From Chiloscyllium plagiosum (Eukaryota): a stretch of 43,838 nucleotides of DNA. Of the stretch, positions 23,731-36,220 are shown in pieces. The stretch spans positions 6,541,253 through 6,585,090 of the forward strand of contig NC_057718.1 in assembly GCF_004010195.1 (NCBI RefSeq), read 5' to 3'. Positions within the stretch are counted from its first letter, which is position 1, and every line of letters starts with the position of its first letter. The notes beneath the pieces are model-generated. The model saw only the letters and a list, made by a program, of their open reading frames with translations. It searched no databases and was not told the origin of the DNA. The translations under genes were made by a program, and so were the position numbers.

Positions 23731-23912
23731 AGGCTGTGGGCATCATTGGGCCGTTAGGAGTGAAGCACTTTGCTGTGGGTCTGAGGTCACGTGTAGATCA
23801 AACCAGGTAAGGACTTTCTAAAGGGGAATACTGAATCAGATGGGTTTTTAACAACAATACACAGAGACTGCATGATTGCCATTTGAAAGTTAAAACCTAC
23901 CTTCTAGAACAC

Positions 23913-24005
23913 TGTCAGAAGTCACATGACACCAGGTTATAGTCCAATAGGTTTATGTGACATCACTGCTCCTTTGTCAGGCTCCGAAAGCTTGTGACAA
24001 AAATA
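23913..24005. mobile_element. Decayed family D fold-back element
   Basis: ACACCAGGTTATAGTCCAATAGGTTTAT...CTGCTCCTTTGTCAGG|CTCCGAAAGCTTGTG. Confidence 0.6.
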
Positions 24006-24019
24006 CCTCCTCCTATTAG

Positions 24020-25760
24020 CTAGCGACGTAAAATTTGGAATTGCTGTAAACCGTGAGGAGGATTAAAAAGGTTAGCATCAAGTTGATGGAATAAGCAGAC
24101 ATATTTCAAAAGGAAGTCTGAGGTGTTTCATTTTGTTAGTACTAATAGAGAGGGACAATATAATACAAAGGTACAATTCTTAAGTAGGTTAATGAACCTG
24201 ATGCATATATATATATATATGTATATAAATCTTTAAAGTTGAAGGATTGGAGCAGAACTTAGTTGATATAATGTGCAATATATCCTGGGCTTTATTTCTG
24301 GAGGCAAGGAGTACACATGCAAGAAAGGTCTGTAAATCTTGTATAAAATATTGGTTCAACTTCATCTGGAGCACATGTTTAACCTTGGCACCAGACTTTA
24401 TAAAGGAAATGAGGACATCAGAGCACCGAAACAAGTCACAAGATTGGTTCCAGAGTTGAGCAACTTTAGTTGGATTGGAGAATCTTGGATTTATTTCCAC
24501 ATGGGGAGGTGATTGAGTACTGATTTGATGGGGGCGTTCAAAATCATAGAGGGATTTGGATAGAACCATAGAGTGCGGCAGCACAGAAAGAGGCCCTTCA
24601 GCCCATCATATCCATGCTGGTCAAATATAACCATCTAACTATTCTCTCATTCCATTTTTAAGTACTTAGCACATAACCTTGTTACCTTTGGCAAGTACAC
24701 ATCTAAATACTTTTTCAATGTTGTAAGAGTTTATGCCTCTTCCACCCTTACCATATACACACCACTCTCTGGATGAAAAAGCTTTTCCTCATAATCCCTC
24801 TAAAACTTCTGCCTGTTGTCTTAAATTCATGCCCCCGGCCGTTGATTCTTTCATGAAAGGGAAGTTTATCCCTATCTATGCTCTTCACAATTGTATGAGT
24901 CTGAATTCTGTCCTTTCTCAATCTCCACTGCTCCAAGGAAAAGAACCCCTGTCTATATTGTGTACAGTTCTGGTCACCACACTACCAGAAGGATATGGAA
25001 GTTTTGAGCGGTTACAGAAATGGTTTACCAGGATGTTGCCTGGTTCGGAAGGTATTATCTAGGAGGAGAGACTGGACAAAACTTGGTTTGTTTTCATTTC
25101 AACATATAGGGGCGACCTGATGGAAGTTTACAAAATTATGGGAGCCATGGACAGTTGGAATCATTTCCCCAGGTAGAAATCTCAGTTACTGGGGAATATA
25201 GGTTTAAGATAAAAGGGGGAAAGTTTAATAGAAATGTGAGAGAAAAGCTTTTTAACCAGATGGTGGTAAGTGCCTGGAATGTACTGCAACATTTGATAGG
25301 CATCTTGACAGATGTATGAACAGATAGAGAATAGAGGGATACAGACTGTGTAGAGGCAAAAGGTTAGATTACATTACAGTGTGGGAACAGGCCCTTCAGC
25401 CCAACAAGTCCACACCGACCCACCGAAACGCAACCCACACATACCCCTACATTTGCCCCTTACCTAACCCTATGGGCAATTTCTCATGGCCAATTCACCT
25501 GACCTGCACATCTTTGGACTGTGGGAGGAAACCGGAGCACCTGGAGAAAACCCACTCAGACATGGGGAGAACGTGCAAACTCCACACAGTCAGTCGCCTG
25601 AGGCAGGAATTGAACCCGGGTCTCAGGCGCTGTGAGGCAGCAGTGCTAACCACTGTGCCACTGTGCCTCCTGTGTTTAGTTGAGAAAGATATCGTGTGTT
25701 GGCACAGGCTTCGTGGGCCAAAGGGCCTGCTCCTGTGTTGTACTGTTCTTTGTCTATCCA
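24020..25760. mobile_element. Cluster of CR1 fragments: old + (24020-24565), minus 3' end (24567-24950), + (24955-25760, split by V-SINE)
   Basis: GRGHEFK...FFIQRVVCIW on minus; FERLQKWFTRMLPG on plus; tails present. Confidence 0.78.
25363..25667 (-). mobile_element. V-SINE (HE1-like)
   Basis: RC A/B boxes, V domain, tail. Confidence 0.92.
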
Positions 25761-26309
25761 ATTTCTCTTCATAATTAAATATCCTCAGCACAGGCAACGT
25801 TCTGGTAAATCTCTCCTATACTCTCTTCAGTGCAATCACTTCCCTTCTGTAATGTTAGTTCCAGAATTGCACACAATACTCTAGCTGTGGACTAACCTAC
25901 ACGTTATACAGTTCCAGCATCGCCTCCCCCTTTCGGTGCCTTGATCAATAAAGGCAAATATCCCAAATGAAGAAAACGGTTGGTTCAGATTTTTAGTTTT
26001 GATAGTAAATGTTAATATTACCTTTCGACTCTGTATTCAAGACTTTACATCAGAAAAAGAACAGTCAATATAATTTATTCTCAAAAGGGACTCTGAACTG
26101 GAACTGATGGTAGGCTTCATTTAAATTCACAGTTAATTGGTGATGGGGTAATTTATTCAAACTTCAAATAATAGTGCACAGGGCAATATTGAGTAGCTAC
26201 TGCTATTTTACATTTCCTTCTGATCACTTGATTTCCTTCTCCAGTCAGTTTGTATACAATAGACCTGTTTGATTTAATATCAGATACTGTTCTTCCTCTC
26301 TCCCTCCTT

Positions 26310-27065
26310 AAGACCAATAAGATTTAGGAGCAGAAATAGGCCATTCAGCCCATCAACTCTGTTGATAACCCTCAACTCCACTTCCTTGCCTTTTCCTCAT
26401 AACCCTTGCTGATTAAAATTCTGTCTATCTTAGCCTTGAATGTAATCAATGACCCAGCCTTCACCAGCCCTCTGTGATAAAACTTTCTTCCAATTCACTC
26501 CCCTCTTCTAACTGTGCGACTCCATATTTTGAAATTGTGCTGTCAGCTCCTATGTTCTCTCACTGGAGGAAGCAAACTCTCCCTGTCTACCCTGTCAAGC
26601 CTTCCAAGAATGTTTTAGGTTTCAATAAGGTCACATCTCATTCTTCTAAACTCCAATGATTCCAGGCCCAATCTACTCAACCTTTCCCCATAAGCCACAT
26701 AAGTATTCAGGGTGGTAACGAAGGTGTATGGCATGCTTGCCTCTATTGGTCGGGGAATTGAGTAAAGGGTCAGAATGTCATGCTGCGGTTCTAAAAGACT
26801 TTGGTTTGGCCACACTTCAAGAATTGTGTTCAATTCTAGTCGCCACCTTACAGGAAGGATGTGGAGATTTTGGAGAGGTTGCGCAGGTGGTTTACCAGGA
26901 TGCTGCCTGGATTAGAGGGTATGAGCTATAAGGAGAAGCCAGAAAAATTCAGGTTGTTTTCACTGGAGTGGTGGAGGCTGAGGAGAGGCTTGATAGAAGT
27001 CGATAAAATTATGAGATGCATAGATTAAGTTGACAGTCAGAATCCTTTCCCCAGAGTTGAAATGC
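26310..27065. mobile_element. Two divergent CR1 fragments (minus 26310-26695; plus 26696-27065)
   Basis: AYGERLSRLGLESLEFRRMRCDLIET on minus; FTRMLPGLEGMSY on plus. Confidence 0.82.
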
Positions 27066-27360
27066 TGGCATGGTGGTTCAGTGGTTAGCACTGCTGCCTG
27101 CCTCCCAATGCCAGGGATCCAGGTTTGATTTCAGCCTCAGGCAACTGTCTGTGTGGAGTTTGCACATTCTCCCCGTGTCTGTGTGGGTTTCTTCCGGGTG
27201 CTCCAGTTTCCTCCCACAAGATGTGTAGGTTAGGTGTATTAGTCAGGGGAAATGTAAAGTAACAGAGTAGGGGAATGGATCTGGGTGGGATAATCTTCAG
27301 AGGGTCAGTGTGGACTTGTTGGGCCAAATGGCCTGTTTCCACACTGTAGGGATTCTATGA
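27066..27360 (+). mobile_element. V-SINE (HE1-like)
   Basis: Head, V domain and tail present. Confidence 0.9.
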
Positions 27361-28894
27361 TTACACTTATCTCTATAGAAGTATATTTTTACTCTCTCTC
27401 ATTCCCCCTTCCCACTGTAAAAGTAAGAATTTTAACCCGAGGATACTCAGTGAGAGCAGCAGCTGGTGGCCTGGATGCTGTATGAATAACAGAAGCACAT
27501 AGTTTGTTCCTGAGTGTACATCAGCGAATTTAGAAATGTCAGTAATTTCAGGGAAAACCTTTTCTCCTCTTTTCCTGAAAAGTTTAAAACAAACCTTGTT
27601 GTTTGTTGGTCCTTTGGCCTCACCGCCACTGTCTCTTATTATTCTGCTGTAATTCTCCAGATAAAACAAGATGACTCATTGAAGGACTATGTGGGTCATT
27701 GCAGATATTTTCCATTCTAACTAGAGGCTAGCCCTTAATTTGGTCTGAGGGAGATCGAGGAGGATGGGGACTGAAGCTCTGATTAATGATCGTGATTAAT
27801 CTCACCTCCTCAAAGCAGTTTACTGTTTCACTGCTTGCCCGTATTTGGACAGATCTGAAGACGACAACCTTTTGAAGAAATGTTATCGTGTTAATCTCCT
27901 GTCAGGGAGTACTTTTAAAAGCTTTATCATTGCTATCTGTGAGACCTGTGTGCAGGAATCAGACACTTGCTCTGTGATTTATGTGTCTGGCTTTGAATAG
28001 TAAGAAAAACAAGTCGAAAAGATTGACACCAGAGAAAGATACAAACCTGTGTCGAATGCCCGAGTATTAAGCACCCTCCTGCTCCCATGCTCACGCTCTG
28101 TCATCGCTGATTGTGATTGTTTGAGATTCATTTCTCTGACATTAAACTTTCAACCACTACACCCCTCCTTATCCCCCCACACAACAAAGTGCAGAGATTC
28201 CTAATGAAAACCTACTGGTGAAGAATACAAGATGAAAATATTTCCGATGGACTGCTTTGTCAGCTTCATATTTCCTCCATCCTATTCTTCTGAAATTAAA
28301 TTTTCCCTGACATTAACACTACGAGACCATGCTCCACCATTCTGAACTTCTGATTATTGTGCTCGAGGGATTTATAATCAGGGAACCCACAGGGAGGTTT
28401 TTATTCCTTCTCCATGTTGTGTTAGTGATTAGGAATGAACTGAAATATTACTTATCACAGAAACATAGACTGGTTGAGGCATGCCATTTGATCCATCTAT
28501 GCTCGTGCTGTGAAAGATCAACTCATTTAGTGGCACTTCTTCCATTTTTTAGAAAATGGCCCAGTTGCCTTTTGAAAGCTTACGTTGAATTTGCCCTCAT
28601 TGCATTCTCAGGCAGTGGATTTCGGATCTGAATCTTTTATATTTCATTAAGGTCTACTCTAATTCCTCTAAACTCCGATGAATACAAGCCCAAGTTGTCA
28701 AAGTCTCCTCACAAAGCATTCTTATAATTGAAGATGTGATTTCTAGAACAAGAAAGGGTCCCAGATATGTGCACTGCATATCATCCTCACATGTGCACAC
28801 TCACTTGCACGCTGAACCTCAATCCCTGATACCAGGGGTGGCAGAACTATACAATGATGAGAGGCTGGTGTCACTGAGCCTGCGATCACTGAAA

Positions 28895-29266
28895 TTTCGA
28901 GGATGAGAGGGGATCTGATTGAAATGTATAAAACCCTAACAAGGTTGGAAATTCAGGGAGGATGATCCCCTTGAGTGACAAGTCTCAAAATAGGAGACAC
29001 AGCTTTGGGGCAGACCATTTCGGACTGAGATGAAAAACATTTCTTTACCCAGAGGATAGTGAACCTGTGGAATTCTCTATCACAGAAGGTTGTGGAGGTT
29101 GAGTCCCTGAATATATTCCAGAAAGAGTGAAATGCATTTTTAGATTATAAAGGCTTCATGGGGAGAAAGCGGACATATAGCAGTGAGATTGAGAATCAGC
29201 TCTGATCATATTGAATGGCAGAACAGGCTTGAAGGGTCGAATGGCCTACTCTTACTCCTTGTTTCT
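28895..29266 (+). mobile_element. CR1 3' fragment
   Basis: FRRMRGDLIEMYK-like and FFTQRIVNLWNSL remnants; tail. Confidence 0.82.
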
Positions 29267-29282
29267 ATATATACTCGCAAGT

Positions 29283-30020
29283 ACTAGAAGGATGAGGGGG
29301 GATCTCATTGAAACTTACAGGGGCAGCACCGTGGCACAGTGGCACAGTGGTTAGCACTGCTGCCTTGCAGCGCCAGAGACCTGGGTTCAATTCCCACCTC
29401 AGGCAACTGTCTGTGTGGAGTTTGCCCATTCTCCCCGTGTCTGCATGGGTTTCCTCTGGGTGCTCCGGTTTCCTCCCACAGTCCAAAAATGTGCAGGTTA
29501 GGTGAATTGGCTATGCTAAATTGCCCGTAGTGTTAGGTGAAGTGGTAAATGTAGGGGAATGGGTCTGGGTGGATTGCTCTTCGGAGGGTCGGTGTGGACT
29601 TGTTGGGCTGAAGGGCCTATTTCCACACTGTAAGTAATCTAAACTTACAGAATAGTGAATGGCCTGGACAGAGTGGATGTTGGGAAGATGTTTTCATTGG
29701 TCAGAGAGACTAGGATCAGAGAACACAGCCTTAGAGTAAAGGGAAGACATTTTAGATCAAAGATAAGGAGAAACCTCTCCAGCCAGAGAGTGGGGATTCT
29801 GTGGAACTCACTGCCACAGAAGGCTGTGGAGGCCAGGTCATTGAGTATACTTAAGACAGAGATAGATAGGTTCTTGATTTTAAAGGGGATCAAGGGTTCT
29901 GGGGAGCAAGTGGGAGAGTGGGGTGAAAAAACGTATCAGCCATGATTGAATGGTGAAGCAGACTCAATGGGCTGAATGGTTGAAATTTTTGCCCCTACAT
30001 CTTATGGTCTAATGGTCTTA
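29283..30020 (+). mobile_element. CR1 3' fragment split by a V-SINE
   Basis: RRMRGDLIETY| continues |RIVNGLDRVDVGKMF...RVGILWNSLPQKAVEA. Confidence 0.88.
29321..29640 (+). mobile_element. Full-length V-SINE with perfect 10-bp TSD
   Basis: AAACTTACAG at 29311-29320 and 29641-29650. Confidence 0.93.
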
Positions 30021-30414
30021 ATATGATTGCACACTTTTCCACATGCTGACTCATACCCTCACACCCAGGTGCGTCAACACTAAGATGGGACGGGAGAAGT
30101 TTTATGGAAATATTTGAAGAGAAGGATATGATTGAAAGGATACGTTACCCACCTGACAGGGTTAAGGCCTGGCTTTTACACCCAAATGGACTTTACGGAG
30201 CCAGTGCAAATACATTTCAGGAGAAGTCTGAAACTAAGATTCCAAGGAATCTGGTGGTTTCCCAAATCAGCAAGTTAGTTGCAATTAATTCTAAAGGGAG
30301 AGGCAATAGCCTATTGGAATGTTAATCCAGAGACCCAGGTCATGTTTTGGGGAAACAGATGGTGGGGGGAATTAGTATTTGGTAAAAATCTGGATGTAAG
30401 AGTCTAATACTGAC

Positions 30415-31733
30415 TGAAGTAATTGCACAGAGGCTGGTATCCTGTCACCAAGTCACCCTTTATTTATAAAGTTAAAAATCACCCAACACCAGGTCGTAGT
30501 CCAACAGGTTTATTTGGAAACACTAGCTTTCGGAGCACTGCTTCTTCATCAGGTGATATTTGCACGTGGAGAGTTATTGACATTGAGCCACTGTGAACAG
30601 AGTCTCTGACACTGTTGAGCTCTATCAGCAAGGGCTCCCTGCTTGGACCAGGCTAACAGACCCAATCGGGGAAATCATAGTCGAAGACGATAAAGGCCGT
30701 CCTTTATTTTGCAGCTCCTCCTGAGGCATTTTTAGCATTGGGTCAAGTTCCTCCAACTCTGTCTCTGATACGGGCTGTGTGTAACACACATGTAACACGT
30801 ATTGCAACTGGAAAGTCTTAGAAGAAATTAATTCTGTTCATCGAGTGGCAAAGGACCCGAGATGGCGACATCTCGAACAGATTCTGAGATATATTCAATG
30901 CTTGACAGACAGGGAGAAACCATGGGTTCTGAAATAGTTGGAAGGACTGTTGAGGAGCCGGGCATGTTATGCTCCCGCCCTGGTTGCGAGTTTGCAGCTT
31001 TCATATGGTCCACATCACACCAATCGAACTTTATGCATCACTGGACCCGACCTCATGCTGACCATGTCTCTGACCCATGCAGGGCCATTCCCATGGTTTG
31101 TCCCCTTTGGTAAACTGTCTCTCTCACTTACTGGAGTCGTGTGTCCAGCATTGGTGATCCTGATGCTGTTTCACTCACCTCCCCAGCCAAGGCCAGGAAG
31201 ATCAGATTTAACTTGGAGTGGAGTCTACTCCCCATTAGTAACTCTGTTGGAGCTGTCCCTGTAGTTGCTTGAGGGGTGGCCCTATAATCAAACAGGAACC
31301 GGGATGGTTTGGTAGCGAGTGAAGCTGTAGGCTGTTTCTTTAAGCCTGCCTTCAAAGTTCAGACTGCTCTTTCAGCCAGACCATTGGATGATGGATGGTA
31401 TGGAGCTGTCCTTATATGATGACTACCATTCGACTTTAGGAAATACATAAACTCCCTGCTGGTAAACAATGTCTCGTTATCTGTAACTAACATTTCCAGG
31501 CATTGCAAAAGGTGCATGCAGTTTTTTCTATTGTCGTCCCTGTGTTGACGAATGAACTCAGTGCATGTCCAACCACTTTGAGTGGGCGTCCACAGTGACT
31601 AAGAACATTGAGCTCATGAAAGGACCTACACAGTCAACGTATAACTGAGTCTATGGTTTACCTGGCCATTCCCACGAATGTGGGGGAGCTGCTGGTGGTA
31701 AATCTTTTCCTTGCTAGCACTCTGGGCACTGCC
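30415..31733 (-). mobile_element. Second copy of the Gypsy family at 1152-4936: integrase and partial 3' LTR
   Basis: [44 protein letters not shown] end RC CCTCTGTGCAATTACTTCA matches 4918-4936. Confidence 0.9.
30468..30557 (-). mobile_element. Family D mini-element with hammerhead, inserted in Gypsy LTR
   Basis: RC of 30521-30555: CAC-CTGATGA-A-GAAGCAGTGCTCC-GAAA-GCTA-GTG. Confidence 0.83.
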
Positions 31734-31879
31734 ACAGAGAGCTGTGAGCTCAAATCTGAGATAGATAGATTCTTGACCAGTTGGTGTGTCAAGTGTTGTG
31801 GGGAGAGAGAAGGAAAGTAAGGATGTAAGGAATGTTAGATCAGCCAGGGGCTGAATAGCCTACTCCTGTTCCTTTTTTT

Positions 31880-32167
31880 TAGAATTAGAACCTCTACAGT
31901 GTGTAAACAGGTCCAAACTGACCCTCCAAAGAGTAACCCAGCCTGACCCATTCCCCTATCCTACATTTCCCCTGACTAATGCACACACCCCTGAACACTG
32001 TGGGCAATTTAGCATGGCCAATTCACCCTAACCTGCACATCTTTGGACGGTCGGTGAAAACTGGAGCACCCGGAGAAATCCCGCACAGTCACCCGAGGCT
32101 GGAATCGAACCTGGGTCCCTGGCACTGTGAGGCAGCAGTGCTAACCACTGAGCTACTGTGCTGCCCA
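31880..32167 (-). mobile_element. V-SINE (HE1-like), internally deleted
   Basis: RC head and tail present. Confidence 0.85.
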
Positions 32168-32235
32168 TGATCTTTCTTATGGCCTTATCTCAATGACGAA
32201 AACAGTGTTGGAAATATAGTTACCGTTTCAACAAT

Positions 32236-32366
32236 CTTGCTAAATTCCCCGTAGTGTTAGTTGAAAGGGTAAATGTAGAGGAATGGTTGTGCTTCGGCGG
32301 GTCGGTGTGGCTTGTTGGGCCGAAGGGCCTGTTTCCACACTGTAAATAATCTAATCTAACCTAATC
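32236..32366 (+). mobile_element. V-SINE 3' fragment
   Basis: TGCTAAATTCCCCGTAGTGTTAG...CCACACTGTAAATAATCTAATCTA. Confidence 0.8.
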
Positions 32367-33288
32367 TGGTATATTTCATATCAATTCCATGCAGGTGTTC
32401 TCAACCGAACACCCACAATGGAAAATATTTCCTGATAGTCATGAGGCGTCATTACTTTATTTTAGCTTGACATGCCAACAGCACATTTGAGAATCCTGGA
32501 TTTCGACAAGACCATCCATCCAAATGGAAGTCACCTCTACTCCCAGAAGACAGGTCTGATATTAAGAATCTCTTCCAAGATGTGGAGAATGAGTGCATCT
32601 TGGATCCCACAATGGTCTGTCAGACAATCTGCAGAAGAGGAAAAGGGACAACATTCACACCATAGCTGATATTCTGATTAAACAGAAGCCAAGGCAGATT
32701 GCAGAGATTTTATGGCAACCCTTCAAAAACATAAATCTTTGGTATTGCATTGAATTCTAAGAAATATGTAAATAATTTGTTGGATGAATGTAATCTTGAG
32801 AGTGAATAACGTAGGAACGACTGGCATCCTGAGGAAGTCACCAAGTTTTATGTTGTGTTTTTTTTCCACTTACTTGAATATTCTGAGGATTTACTGATGT
32901 CACTTTGATTAAATTAGAGCCCAGACAGTATATATTCTATATATATGCCTATATTCCTTATCGTATTGTACATACACAAATTTACAGAAGAGAAAGATTA
33001 TTTGCTTCATTGTTATCCCAGAATAGCCCCATCTCTCTAGCCACTTTAACCTGCTCCCCAACTTAGAAAACTAACTACATTCTTCATATAGGATTTGATG
33101 GTCTCTGCTGACTCAGCCACTCCTTCAGATAAAGCATTGTGTCATCTAGCAACCTTCATAACCCGACCGTTCGGGCTCAACTCACTCCTCACTCCTTTGC
33201 TAAAAACTTTCAACTGATGAATCCTCACCTCTGACTCCCCCTACTCTCAAATCTCAGTCTGCGTATAAACTTTCCTCTTCAGCCCAGT

Positions 33289-33583
33289 CTGTGGCACAGA
33301 GGCTCAGTGGTTAGCACTGCTGCCTCACCGCGGCAGGGAGCTGGGTTCAATCCCAGCCTCGGGTGACTGTCTGTGTGGGTTTCCTCCCACAATCCAAAGA
33401 TGTGCAGGTTAGGTGAATTGGCCATGCTAAATTGCCCATAGGGATGTGTAGATTAGGTGCATTAGTTAGGGGTAAATGTAGGGTAGGAGAATGGGTCTAG
33501 GTGAGTTACCGATTGGAGGGTTGGTGTGGGCTTGTTGAGCTAAAGGGCCTGTTTGCACACTGTAAGGATTCTAATTCTAATTC
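33289..33583 (+). mobile_element. V-SINE (HE1-like), deleted within V domain
   Basis: GGCTCAGTGGTTAGCACTG, GGTTCAATCCC, tail. Confidence 0.88.
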
Positions 33584-33667
33584 AGCCCCTTCTTCGGCAT
33601 TGCAAAGAGTCCAATGATCTCCTCAAAATGCATCACTGCTGTTATCCAGTGTCATGTAACAGTGCTG

Positions 33668-34100
33668 TTGGAAAGATGTTGTGAAACATTAAAGGATTCA
33701 GGGAACATTTACAAGGATGTTGCCAGAATTGGAGGGTTAGAGCTATGGGGAGAGGCCAAATAGGCTGGGTATATTTTCTCTGGAGCTGAGGGGTGACCTG
33801 ATAGAGGTTTATAAAATTGAGAGGGACATGGATAGGTTAAATAGATAAGGTGCTCCGGTTTCCTCCCATCATCCAAAGATGGGCAGAGTAGGTGGATTGG
33901 CCATGGGAAAATCAACAATAGGGGAGGGGAATGAATCTTGGTGGGATGTCCTTGGAAAGTCAGTGTGGGCTCAATTGGCCAAATGGCCTGCTTCCACACT
34001 GTAGGGATTCTATGATCCAAGAGTTATGGGGCTAATGCAGGAAAATGGAGTTGAAGATTATTGAATGGCGGAGCAGACTCAATGGGCCTCTTCAGCTCTA
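33668..34100 (+). mobile_element. CR1 fragment followed by truncated V-SINE (33848-34015) and CR1 tail
   Basis: FTRMLPELEG and LRGDLIEVYKI remnants; V-domain 3' half. Confidence 0.78.
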
Positions 34101-35089
34101 ACACCTGATTGTCATAAACTACAGTGTATTGTGTGGGGGGCAGATCCCTGGGCTACCTCAGTTAAGAGGGTTGGAGCCCTGTGCTGACCATCTGAAGCTA
34201 ACTGGGCTGAATGATGTCACCCATACCCCCAAGTGCCCCCACTCCTGCCAGTCTGGTGTTGGAGAAAAATGAACTGGCCAATGTGTTGAAAATGTGCTCC
34301 TTACGATGGTTGGCCTCAACCTGCCTTTGTGTGCTGTGGACCACATTTCTTAACCCCGTCCTCTTCCAAAATAACATTGGATCACAGCTGAGGGCATGAG
34401 CACACAAGTCTCCACAGTCCATTTGTCTTGACCCAAAATTCAATAACCCCCACCCTCCAACATTGGAAATTTACCACAACCTCCCCATCACCTGCCTGCA
34501 CTACCACATGGGGCTTACGATCACATGTTCAACATCTCTTCTATAAAGCAGCTGATAGAAAAATGTCATCACTTAAATGTTAATCCATGTTTATTGAAAC
34601 TATACCAATCACCATCATATTTTTGGGATCTATTAATCAATTTATTTCACCATCTTCTCATCTTTCATTACGCCTCATTTCAACAACTTCCTTTGTTAAC
34701 TTAATCTTACTATTCATGTACCAACCAATCCTTCCCTGTTCTTCCAAAATTCATAATTGTTTTCCTTCATAGAAATCTCAATTTTCATCCTCTTCAATGG
34801 TTCAATAGACATATTTTGCCAGGCCTAACCATGACAGCTTCTGAACAGTGTTTCTCAAAATCTGTTCAAATCTGTAAATACTTTTAAAGAAATAAAGTGC
34901 AACATCCCTTTCTAGTTACACAAACCCATAAATAAAGTCCCCATCTGGAACCTGCCAAATCATTCTGAAATTTATCCTGCATCTGTTATTCAGATGATTC
35001 ACTGAAGATCTCAGCTACCTAAGGAGGTCCTACAGTGAGCTTGGGTGATTTAGTTACACTGGGAATTGTCATCTGATCTCGAGGGATTG

Positions 35090-35800
35090 CAATGAAGGTT
35101 TCCCAGACTGATTCCGAGGATGGCAAGACTGAGGGAAGCTTGACGAGATTGGAGTTGTTTTCGCTGGAGTTCAGACGAATGAAGGGGGGACCACATAGAG
35201 ATTTATAAAATTCTAGCAAGACGAGATAGCCATAATGAGGAGGTGCCAGTGTAGGACTGGGGTGCACAATGTTAAAAATCACACAACATCAGGGTATGGT
35301 TCATGAGGGTTTATTTGGAAGCACTAGCTTTCAAAGCGCTGTTCCTTTGTCAGGTAGCTACCTGATGAATAAGCAGTGCTCTGAAAGCTTGTACTTTCAA
35401 GTAGACCTGTTGGACTATAACCTGGTGTTGTGTGATTTTTAATTAGGACTAAATAGGGTAGATACAGGGAGGGAATGTTCCCCGATGGTGGGTGTGTCCA
35501 GAACCAAGGTTCACAGTCTGAGGATTCAGGGCAGACCATTTAGGACAGAGATGGGGAGACATTTCTTGGCCTGGTGAGCCTGTCGAATTCATTACCATGG
35601 GAAGTAGCTGATGCCAAAACATTGAATGTATTCAAGAGGTGGCTCGATATAGCACTTGGGGTGAATGGGGTGAAAGTTTGTGGGGAAAAAGCAGGATTAG
35701 GCTATTGAGTTGGACGATTAGCCATGATGTTGATGAATGATTGTGCAGGCTCGAAGGGTTGAATGGTCTACCCCTGCTCCTATCTTCTATGTTTCAATGT
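35090..35800 (+). mobile_element. CR1 3' fragment split by a family D element
   Basis: RLELFSLEFRRMKG before 35230; GQTI/GRPFRTEMGRHF region and tail after 35443. Confidence 0.8.
35231..35442 (-). mobile_element. Fold-back mini-element (family D), zero-loop palindrome
   Basis: Arms ~35272-35357 / 35358-35442 centred on CAGGTAGCTACCTG; CTGATGA 35362-35368. Confidence 0.85.
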
Positions 35801-36004
35801 TTCAACAATTCCACACTAAAGAAGGCATACATTTGGCAGGTTTGTCATCCCCTTAGGACATCTGTTTGATCTTAATCAAGCCCTTGGGAGTGGAAAGGCC
35901 TCTCTCCATGCTGTAATGATCCATGATTCCAGGATTGTCTGCAGAAAGTTGGCAATGATGGGCATCAGATGAACAAAACTATGAGTTTATTCTTAGCTAA
36001 GCGG

Positions 36005-36220
36005 CAGATACATATGAACACCATCTCCTGCAAGTTCCCCTCCAAGCCACTCACTATTCTGACTTGGAAATGTATTGCTGTTCTTTCAAAGTCACTGTGT
36101 CAAACATTATGTGTCTACCTACAGCACACGGTCTGCAGTGGTTCAAGAAAGCAGCTCACCACTACCTTCTCAAGGGCAATTAATGATGAGCAATAAATTC
36201 TGAGCCATTTATTGACATTC
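36005..36220 (+). mobile_element. LINE 3' end (CR1/L2 group) sharing its tail with SINE family 2
   Basis: GGTTCAAGAAAGCAGCTCACCACTACCTTCTCAAGGGCAATTAATGATGAGCAATAAAT resembles the tail at 9688-9742. Confidence 0.55.

Noticed and set aside
4018..24226. Short microsatellites (GA)n ~4018-4036, (CA)n ~9820-9837, (TA)n ~24206-24226
   Set aside because: Ordinary slippage repeats inside decayed transposons
27806..27898. 93-nt minus-strand exon candidate (EINTITFLQKVVVFRSVQIRASSETVNCFEE)
   Set aside because: Good donor but weak acceptor and no recognisable homology
34400..34800. Possible very old L1/Tx1 remnant
   Set aside because: No diagnostic motif could be read with confidence
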